From a virus, in the IMG/VR virus record IMGVR_UViG_3300030098_001779, positions 18,412 through 82,411 of that record: 64,000 bases of DNA. One strand, 5' to 3'. The notes beneath the pieces are model-generated. The model did not search any database, was not told the DNA's origin, and worked only from the letters and a program-made list of their open reading frames with translations. The stretch's first letter is position 1. Each line of letters begins with the position of its first letter. The position numbers and the translations under genes are program-made. Shown piece by piece: positions 57,527-64,000 of the stretch.

Positions 57527-58894
57527 ATGGCTACAAATCCATCATTATCTGAGTATATTGCTCAGTCTCAAAGAGGTCTATACTCGTCTGTATTCGGACC
57601 AGAATACTTACAGAAACAGACTTACTTTACAGTGGACACTGCCACAGGTATTTTTAACACTACCTATGGTAGAAAAGTTTGGCATGCATTAAACAACCAA
57701 ACTCGTTTCTTCAATGCAATCCCAAGAACTGTTTGGGGTAACACAGCTGGTTGGAGAATCAGGACAGACAGAGGTAGTGGAAGATCACGACCTGTGACTG
57801 AGACTGGTGCTCTACCTACAGTTGATGTTTCAGACATCGCAAACGTAGCTAGTTTACCTAGAATCGTTTCAACTACTTTCGGTGCTTCAGTGAAATCAGT
57901 ATTCACTGCACAATTAGAAGGTGGTGTTGGTGATGTTCTTGCATTGGAAAACGAAAACGCACAGCTCGACCACGTTAAAGAAATGAACGAAGAGCTATTA
58001 GCAGGATCAGGATATGTTGTATCCGCTGGTTCAACTACTTCAGGTACTGTACCAGCATCAGTTGCTAAGAACATTAAGGTAGGTGACAAGATTGCTTACT
58101 TCGATACATCTGCAAACGACTACATTGACACATCTGGACTAACAGTTTCAGCAGTAAACACATCTACGGGTGCTATTACTCACGGAACTGCATCGCAAAC
58201 TATTGCTGACGGTGACGGTCTTATCGTTGTAGAAAGAGCAGGACTAACGTCTATTGATGACGTAGTACAATTTGATGGTGCACCAGTAGGTGGATCATTC
58301 GACACAAACGCAAACTTCGCAGCAAACGGTGGAGTAAGGGCGTATGACTTAACATTCGGTGACAGACCTTCCGGACAATGGAACGCTGCTGCTACAGTTA
58401 AGCACAACAGTGGAGTAGGTAGGGAACTATCTCTAAACTTAATTGATGACTGTATTCAATCAGTAAGAAACAATGGTGGAGAACCAAAACTAATCGTTAT
58501 GGGACACGACCAATACTTCAAGCTAGAAAGATTACTACAATCACAACAGAGATACTTAGGACAGGAAGAGTACCAAGTTGGTGTAGGTTCTGAAAGAACT
58601 TTCCCGGGTACAAGAACTGGTCTAGTTCTCGCTACTTACCAAGGTATTCCAATTCTACCAGATGCTGACACACCAAAAGGTGTAGCAACAGATGACTCAG
58701 TATTGGGTTCAAACGTATATGTTTTGGACACAGACTACCTTGAAATAGCTGTGGCACAACCAACACAGTATATAGAAAACAGAGACTACTTCGCAGCTAA
58801 TGCTCTAGTAGTAAGAGGTTTACTATACACTATGGCAGAAATGCGATGTCACAACTTCTTCACACAAGCTAAGATTACTGACTTAAACGCGTAG
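57527..58894 (+). CDS. Major capsid protein (HK97 fold)
   Basis: YGRKVW..LN, GWR.R, E.G.LP, GG.PK.I, Y.GIPI.P, VY.LDTDYL; high-expression codon bias; followed by a terminator. Confidence 0.85.
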   Translation: MATNPSLSEYIAQSQRGLYSSVFGPEYLQKQTYFTVDTATGIFNTTYGRKVWHALNNQTRFFNAIPRTVWGNTAGWRIRTDRGSGRSRPVTETGALPTVDVSDIANVASLPRIVSTTFGASVKSVFTAQLEGGVGDVLALENENAQLDHVKEMNEELLAGSGYVVSAGSTTSGTVPASVAKNIKVGDKIAYFDTSANDYIDTSGLTVSAVNTSTGAITHGTASQTIADGDGLIVVERAGLTSIDDVVQFDGAPVGGSFDTNANFAANGGVRAYDLTFGDRPSGQWNAAATVKHNSGVGRELSLNLIDDCIQSVRNNGGEPKLIVMGHDQYFKLERLLQSQQRYLGQEEYQVGVGSERTFPGTRTGLVLATYQGIPILPDADTPKGVATDDSVLGSNVYVLDTDYLEIAVAQPTQYIENRDYFAANALVVRGLLYTMAEMRCHNFFTQAKITDLNA

Positions 58895-58917
58895 TCTAAC
58901 TTGGAAAGAACATTTTG

Positions 58918-58950
58918 ATGGGTTGGGGAGCTAGTCTCCCCACCCATTTT
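58918..58950 (+). terminator. Intrinsic terminator after the major capsid gene
   Basis: ATGGG-T-TGGGGAG/CTCCCCA-CCCAT stem followed by T-run. Confidence 0.75.
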
Positions 58951-58970
58951 ATAAAAGGAGAAATTAAATT

Positions 58971-59294
58971 ATGGCAATTACAATCACAAATCCCGGATCA
59001 TCCTCTCCTGTAGTTGGTGTTCCCGGAAACGTAAAGTATGTAATTAAAGATATTACTTTCGATGACTCTTATCCAACTGGTGGTGAAGGACTTTCTGCTA
59101 CTCAATTAGGATTAGAGGAAGTATACATTGTTCTTATTTCACAAAAGTCTGACGGTTATGTAGTACAATATGACTACAGTAACGAAAAGTTAGAGATTTA
59201 TGAAGCAGGTGCAGATGGTGCTGCATTAGACGAACTCGGTGACACAGCAGATGCTAGTGGTATCGGAATCAGACTAATCGCTTACGGAAAATAA
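58971..59294 (+). CDS. Head decoration / minor capsid protein
   Basis: ITFD.SYPTGGE.L....LGL...GYV..YD....KL..Y; directly after the capsid gene. Confidence 0.65.
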   Translation: MAITITNPGSSSPVVGVPGNVKYVIKDITFDDSYPTGGEGLSATQLGLEEVYIVLISQKSDGYVVQYDYSNEKLEIYEAGADGAALDELGDTADASGIGIRLIAYGK

Positions 59295-59410
59295 ATAATA
59301 TATAAAGAGCTGCCTATATTATATTTGGTGGTATCATCATATAGTTATAAGCTATATGGGCAGCTTCTTAGATATCCTGATAGATTAGGATAGATTTAAA
59401 GGAGAATTAA

Positions 59411-60439
59411 ATGGCAGGATTCACAAACAGCTACTCAAATTCATGGGAATGGAAAGAGTGGAATACTGATCCCAGCACTCGTACCTCAGTTGCACCACTA
59501 GATAGATATGTGGCTCTTAGTGGGTCAGTAGGAACAACAGCCGCAGATGCAGTAAATATTTACGCTGGTCCATATTATAATTTGGATCAAGGAAACACAT
59601 CTGCTAACTTAGAATTAGCTACGACTGGTTCACCGGGAATAAATAGAATATTAAATCCATCAATAGAGAACTCAACTATAACAGAATTTACAGCAGATGG
59701 ATCAGCTATATCAAGAACAACTGGAGCACCTTTCTTAGGGTCAGCAGAACTAACAGTAAACCCAGCGAACTCTGCAGCCAAAGAAGGTTTTTATGTAACT
59801 ACAGATTCTATAGGAGCAGGAGCAGCGGGTGATACATCAGGAAACACCCCGACTTATATTATAGCATCTGGAATGGTAAGAGGAGCATCAGCATCAGGAG
59901 ATGCAGTAATGCAGATTACAGATTCAAGTGGGACTGTATTAGCTACAGGTACAGCAGTTAGTTTAACAACTAGCTACCAAACAATAAAGGTAGCTTATAA
60001 TATACCAGCTGGAACTACACCAGCAACATACAGAGTTAAATGGTGTTCAAGTACGCAACACAACATTAACATGTTATTTGATGCACTTATGTATGACATT
60101 AGACATGATTCACATGTACCAGATTACATAGATGGAAACCTAGCAGGTGGTAATACTTATGAATGGGAAGGCACAGTAGACCTTTCTAGGTCAAGACATA
60201 TCTCACCTATAGGTGTAATAAGACACGTTAAGATTAAAAACACACATGGTTCACAGAATCTGTTCGTTGCATTTGATGCTACAGCAGAAGCCTCTGCTAC
60301 TTGTTTAAAATTAGCGGCAGGTGAATCATTTGAGACAAGCCACCCAATAGATTTTAGGAAGAATATTTCAGTGATCGGTAGTGGCTCATCAACAACTTTT
60401 GAAGGAATAGTATTTGGAATACATACTCCAATAGGATAA
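59411..60439 (+). CDS. Virion structural protein with carbohydrate-binding-like insert
   Basis: N.ILNPS.E...YIDG...YEW.GT...S.S pattern; C-terminus paralogous to 3847..4167. Confidence 0.55.
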   Translation: MAGFTNSYSNSWEWKEWNTDPSTRTSVAPLDRYVALSGSVGTTAADAVNIYAGPYYNLDQGNTSANLELATTGSPGINRILNPSIENSTITEFTADGSAISRTTGAPFLGSAELTVNPANSAAKEGFYVTTDSIGAGAAGDTSGNTPTYIIASGMVRGASASGDAVMQITDSSGTVLATGTAVSLTTSYQTIKVAYNIPAGTTPATYRVKWCSSTQHNINMLFDALMYDIRHDSHVPDYIDGNLAGGNTYEWEGTVDLSRSRHISPIGVIRHVKIKNTHGSQNLFVAFDATAEASATCLKLAAGESFETSHPIDFRKNISVIGSGSSTTFEGIVFGIHTPIG

Positions 60440-60443
60440 AATT

Positions 60444-61703
60444 ATGACTACAATGACTGCAGAAAAAATAGTAAATACTAACAGAGACATGTTTCAGAGT
60501 GTTTCTGAGGATGCAACCATCTCTTTATTGGAAAAGGCAGAAGGTGGGAAAGTAACAGTTAAGGACATCACTAATGCATTAGATGAATTTAAAAGACTGT
60601 ATAAAGCTGGAATAGCATCACCTGCAGAAATTATGACATTACACCGAGCTTTCCCAGATAATGAAGTTTATCAAAAGGAAGCAAGGAAGCTGGAAAAACG
60701 AGAAATCGAACCAGTAGTATTAGGAGGTCCCGCCTCTGTTGAATTAGTAGACAGAGAGGGACACCTGATCACAACAGATGCTCTAGGAAGGGCATTTGAA
60801 AACTACATGAAAAGTTTTAGAACTAGGAACGCTATGGTTCTACACTCTGATGTCCAAGTAGGTTGGGCTTTACCAGCTTACATCAATAAGTCTGGACAGA
60901 TATTTAAGAGTGGTGTAAATGAAAATGGTCTATTCTTTATTACTGAAATGAGAAATGATACAAAGATCTCTGACAGAGTAAAGGAACAGATAAACGAAGG
61001 AAAGCTAAAGTCTTATTCTATTGCTGGATCAGCAACTAAGATGCAGAATATGACTAAAGGCTTACAATCTTACATGCAAGTAGATGACTTGGAACTCGCT
61101 GAAGTAACAGTATGTGAAAAGGGAGTGAATCAAGGAGCATCTTTTGACTTATTAAAATCAGAACAACCAGCACAGAAATCATGTGCTGATGGAAGCTGTC
61201 TAACAAAGTCAGCTCCTGAACCAAGAGAGGAAATTAATATGGTATGGAAATCAAATGGAAACGTAGACTTCACCCAGACTTTCTTTAATTGGCTTTCAAA
61301 AGAGAATGGGAAAGCAACTGATCCTTTAGTAGGAGATAAAATGTTTGCTGTTCTTGAAAACTTCAGAGGAAGGGAAAAGGAACACCACAACCAGTTAGAT
61401 AGACAAGGCTTTCCAAAGGAACTAGATCCTGAATTTGCTAGAGTAACACCAGTAATGGAAAACCCTAAATACTTTCCATGGGTTGTAGGAGAAGCAGGTT
61501 CTAAACTTGGACCAAAGAGGTATCAAGGCGGATCGCTACCAGTAACAAAAGCCTTCTTAGAGTGGATGGAAAAGAGAGATAAAGGAGATGCCTTTGCTAT
61601 CGCTACTGCTCAAGCTAAAAAGGAAGGCTTCAAAGACTTTTCTGAAGGAAGCGAAGGAAGGGAAAAAAGGAACGAACTAGCTGAAAAATTAAAGGAAAGC
61701 TAG
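60444..61703 (+). CDS. Prohead maturation protease (HK97/XkdF-like) with long extensions
   Basis: G.ASVELVDREG..I, MVLH...VG, I..G.LKSYSIAG, L.L.EVTVCE.G.N..A.F. Confidence 0.85.
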   Translation: MTTMTAEKIVNTNRDMFQSVSEDATISLLEKAEGGKVTVKDITNALDEFKRLYKAGIASPAEIMTLHRAFPDNEVYQKEARKLEKREIEPVVLGGPASVELVDREGHLITTDALGRAFENYMKSFRTRNAMVLHSDVQVGWALPAYINKSGQIFKSGVNENGLFFITEMRNDTKISDRVKEQINEGKLKSYSIAGSATKMQNMTKGLQSYMQVDDLELAEVTVCEKGVNQGASFDLLKSEQPAQKSCADGSCLTKSAPEPREEINMVWKSNGNVDFTQTFFNWLSKENGKATDPLVGDKMFAVLENFRGREKEHHNQLDRQGFPKELDPEFARVTPVMENPKYFPWVVGEAGSKLGPKRYQGGSLPVTKAFLEWMEKRDKGDAFAIATAQAKKEGFKDFSEGSEGREKRNELAEKLKES

Positions 61704-61711
61704 GAAAGGAG

Positions 61712-61888
61712 ATGTCATCTTACTACGACATCTTAAAAACTCTTTTTCTTAAAGATGGAGCAGAAACTGTTATCTATGAAATCAAAACGAATAAAAGGAA
61801 ACCAAGAACTACTGGGAAGAAGAATATAGGGATTGGAAGGGGAAGCTATTCCAGAGGAAACAAGAGAACACGCTATGGCACTTATTAA
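61712..61888 (+). CDS. Small basic protein (not in the ORF track)
   Basis: MSSYYDILKTLFLKDGAETVIYEIKTNKRKPRTTGKKNIGIGRGSYSRGNKRTRYGTY; AAAGGAG just upstream. Confidence 0.45.
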   Translation: MSSYYDILKTLFLKDGAETVIYEIKTNKRKPRTTGKKNIGIGRGSYSRGNKRTRYGTY

Positions 61889-62045
61889 GAAAACAAAGAA
61901 GTGGGGAACTCACCCTACACAAATAACTAAGTATGATATCCAAAAACAAATAAGGGAAAGGGAGTCAAAGGAAAGCTCTCTTGATATTTTTAATGGGAAA
62001 CCGATAGGAAAGGAAGCGAAAAATGAAACCGACAAACTGTCATGA
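61833..62045 (+). CDS. Hypothetical protein (start may be ATG 61875)
   Basis: ORF only. Confidence 0.4.
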   Translation: MEGEAIPEETREHAMALIKKTKKWGTHPTQITKYDIQKQIRERESKESSLDIFNGKPIGKEAKNETDKLS

Positions 62046-62163
62046 TGAAGAAAAATGTTGCCAAGATGAAGATGTCAGTTGCGACCAAGATGAATGTACT
62101 TGTGAAAATGATGAGGAGATAGAAAAAGGTTGTTGTGGTGGTGAGTGTGGTTGCCAAGATTAG
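62023..62163 (+). CDS. Cys/acidic-rich metallothionein-like peptide (not in the ORF track)
   Basis: MKPTNCHDEEKCCQDEDVSCDQDECTCENDEEIEKGCCGGECGCQD; 10 Cys in 46 aa. Confidence 0.55.
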   Translation: MKPTNCHDEEKCCQDEDVSCDQDECTCENDEEIEKGCCGGECGCQD

Positions 62164-62193
62164 ATTAATAATAAACTAATCAAGGAGATATTT

Positions 62194-62331
62194 GTGAGAG
62201 TTAATATACTACAAATTATTTGGGAAGTGTTGACTGAATTTATTACTGGAATAATAGAAACAGTCGTAGACTTAATACTAGGAATACTAGGAAAGGTCAA
62301 GTGGATAATAAAGAAGATCCTACCCTTTTAG
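62194..62331 (+). CDS. Amphipathic helical peptide (not in the ORF track)
   Basis: GTG start with AAGGAG RBS; MRVNILQIIWEVLTEFITGIIETVVDLILGILGKVKWIIKKILPF. Confidence 0.6.
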   Translation: MRVNILQIIWEVLTEFITGIIETVVDLILGILGKVKWIIKKILPF

Positions 62332-62345
62332 AACTTTCAAACTTG

Positions 62346-62376
62346 TCCCCTACTGTAAAAGGTAGGGGATTTTTTT
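62346..62376 (+). terminator. Intrinsic terminator ending the late region
   Basis: TCCCCTAC/GTAGGGGA stem followed by T7. Confidence 0.85.
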
Positions 62377-62381
62377 ATTGC

Positions 62382-62411
62382 TTGACATGGCTATATTCAA
62401 TTTGCTATAAT
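62382..62411 (+). promoter_or_regulatory. Early sigma70-type promoter TTGACA-N18-TATAAT
   Basis: Perfect boxes with TGn; right after the terminator. Confidence 0.8.
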
Positions 62412-62445
62412 TCACTTATAAGATATAAATTAGTATAGGAGATTT

Positions 62446-62841
62446 ATGCAAACTTTTATGCCATACGCTGACATAGATAAAAGTGTCAGATGTTTAGATT
62501 ACAGAAGATTAGGTAAGCAAAGAGTAGAAGCTATGCAAACTTACAATCAGATTACAAAAGGTAAAGGTGGATATCCACACCACCCTGTAAATAGAATGTG
62601 GGAAGATTATCCTGATGCGTTAGCATACTATCACAACACTTGTATAGATGAGTGGATAGATAGAGGATACAATAACACTATGAAACATATTCCACATATC
62701 ATGAATTTTGATATGCCCGATTGGATCGGAGATGAGAAAGTCCATGCTTCTCACAGATCAAATCTTTTAAGAAAAGACTATGGCTTTTATAGTCAATATG
62801 GTTGGGGAGAACAATTAGACATGGACTATCATTGGATTTGA
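62446..62841 (+). CDS. Pyrimidine-dimer DNA glycosylase-like protein (endonuclease V / MSMEG_6728 family)
   Basis: MQTF.PY...LD.RRLGKQRVEA.Q...HP...MW...EW..RGY...P.W.G...HASHRSNLLRKD..FY. Confidence 0.8.
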   Translation: MQTFMPYADIDKSVRCLDYRRLGKQRVEAMQTYNQITKGKGGYPHHPVNRMWEDYPDALAYYHNTCIDEWIDRGYNNTMKHIPHIMNFDMPDWIGDEKVHASHRSNLLRKDYGFYSQYGWGEQLDMDYHWI

Positions 62842-62867
62842 CATGGCTAATTCATTTATGATAGACT
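62838..62867 (+). promoter_or_regulatory. Early sigma70-type promoter TTGACA-N18-TAGACT
   Basis: Shares TTGACATGGCTA and a downstream AGATATA..AAATTAGTA with the 62382 promoter. Confidence 0.7.
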
Positions 62868-62904
62868 GTATTAGAGATATACAAATTAGTAAAGCGAGGT
62901 TTTA

Positions 62905-62994
62905 TTGAATTTTAGTAATCCACTTTCAGCATTATTTTGGATAATGTTTTTAGGTTTAATAGCAAGTGCAACAGAAGGGTGTATGATAATATGA
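62905..62994 (+). CDS. Small TM peptide (not in the ORF track)
   Basis: TTG start after GAGG; MNFSNPLSALFWIMFLGLIASATEGCMII. Confidence 0.4.
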   Translation: MNFSNPLSALFWIMFLGLIASATEGCMII

Positions 62995-63071
62995 CAAAGA
63001 CAGAAATATACATGAAGATATTAGTTTACTTATCCATATTTGGATTAGTGATTGGAGTAATTAGATTATGA
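62991..63071 (+). CDS. Small TM peptide (not in the ORF track)
   Basis: MTKTEIYMKILVYLSIFGLVIGVIRL; ATGA overlaps at both ends. Confidence 0.45.
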   Translation: MTKTEIYMKILVYLSIFGLVIGVIRL

Positions 63072-63574
63072 GTTTACAACAAGAAGAACGAATGTATCTA
63101 TCAAAGGACTCTCAAATTTTAATGAGTGATGTTTTAGATGCAAGAGAATGTTACTTTTTTAAGATGGGTGGCGATAGTGATTATCATGAATACAATTTAA
63201 CAGATAGAGCCTATGGAGATATCATTACATTTAAGAATGTATTTGAGATGTGGGTAAATTCATCTGATAGTAATTGGCATCTTGGTAGCCACAAAGACGA
63301 TTGGTTTAGTGGGGACTTTAGTGAGAGCCATATTGAATATGAGAACCATCATCTAGTTGATGAGATTGGCGAAACATATGCTGATACTAGAGTCAATTCT
63401 GACTTTTGGTTGACAATGGATTTTAATATGATAAGTGGTGCTAATGGGCAAGTTGGATTTCATACTATGCCTGTAACTGCAAAATTCTTCATGCCTGATA
63501 TCTTGTGTAGAACAAATGATTGGATCAAAGTAATAGAAGAAAGTTTATATGATTGGTGGTATGAGAATGACTAA
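63068..63574 (+). CDS. Acidic hypothetical early protein
   Basis: GGAG RBS; ORF. Confidence 0.6.
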   Translation: MSLQQEERMYLSKDSQILMSDVLDARECYFFKMGGDSDYHEYNLTDRAYGDIITFKNVFEMWVNSSDSNWHLGSHKDDWFSGDFSESHIEYENHHLVDEIGETYADTRVNSDFWLTMDFNMISGANGQVGFHTMPVTAKFFMPDILCRTNDWIKVIEESLYDWWYEND

Positions 63575-63752
63575 ACATAAAACTAACTTAATATGTACAA
63601 TATGTAATAGTACAGATCTATCTTATAAAGTATGGGTAGATAAGAACTTTGAAATGGAGAATGATAGTATTTGGTGCGATACAGATGTGTGGTGTGAGAA
63701 GTGTGGAGAACTTATGACATATAGTAATTTGAAAGAGGTAGAGAATGTTTAA
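63549..63752 (+). CDS. Zinc-ribbon early protein
   Basis: CTIC.S...WCEKC. Confidence 0.55.
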   Translation: MIGGMRMTKHKTNLICTICNSTDLSYKVWVDKNFEMENDSIWCDTDVWCEKCGELMTYSNLKEVENV

Positions 63753-63975
63753 GAAGATATTAAGTCAATGGACTGAACCTACATCAACAAAGCAGTATCA
63801 GTTTTATCGTGATGGTATAACTGATGCTTTGCTTCATGGTCGTAGAGATGAGAAGAAATTAGATGAGTTCTTCTTTAGCCATTTTTATAAAAGAGGTTAT
63901 GACTTTGGTATGTGGTTGTGGAATGAACAAGATGAAGATGCTAAAGATGAGAAAGATTATGGAGATAGAATATGA
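63745..63975 (+). CDS. Hypothetical early protein
   Basis: GAGG RBS; FY.DGI.DA...FYKRGYDFG. Confidence 0.55.
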   Translation: MFKKILSQWTEPTSTKQYQFYRDGITDALLHGRRDEKKLDEFFFSHFYKRGYDFGMWLWNEQDEDAKDEKDYGDRI

Positions 63976-64000
63976 ATGAAGTAGAGAAAGCAGAGAAATT

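Noticed and set aside
185-61390. All minus-strand ORFs in the track (e.g. 5187-5753, 12190-12744, 30641-31165, 57664-58089)
   Set aside because: They lie opposite well-supported + strand genes and show no RBS or recognisable motifs; treated as shadow ORFs
1-64000. Alternative genetic code (stop codon reassignment)
   Set aside because: Conserved genes are full length under code 11, and TAA, TAG and TGA all act as real stops

Overview
This 64-kb window is part of a large, AT-rich tailed phage genome (Caudoviricetes, probably siphovirus-like), with essentially all genes on the + strand. The host is bacterial: TTGACA/TATAAT promoters, AGGAG ribosome-binding sites, DnaB, PolA, RecA and bS21. Module order: Lys-rich putative internal head proteins (1-3.8 kb); tail fibres, including a tandemly duplicated four-gene cassette (3.8-16.2 kb); neck and tail genes with a -1 frameshifted tail chaperone and a short tape measure (16.9-26.7 kb); a strongly structured non-coding RNA ahead of Hsp20 and a sigma factor (27.4-28.6 kb); replication and recombination (29-38.5 kb, including an unlisted ribosomal protein bS21); terminase, class II RNR and portal (39-45.7 kb); a tRNA nucleotidyltransferase/topoisomerase IB fusion, BMP lipoprotein, metallophosphoesterase and a membrane-protein cluster (45.7-55.5 kb); scaffold, major capsid, decoration protein and prohead protease (55.5-61.7 kb); a terminator and the start of an early region (62.3-64 kb). 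The best leads are three. (1) A candidate protease-processed capsid cargo system, with a recurring amphipathic tag ending in Lys that punctuates several proteins, including the CC-adding/TopoIB fusion. (2) A ~180-nt three-way-junction RNA with complementary kissing loops and a pRNA-like layout. (3) Two promoter classes, a TTGAC-N8-GTCAA operator and apparent CCWGG avoidance. All product calls come from motif recognition by eye; no searches or folding programs were run.
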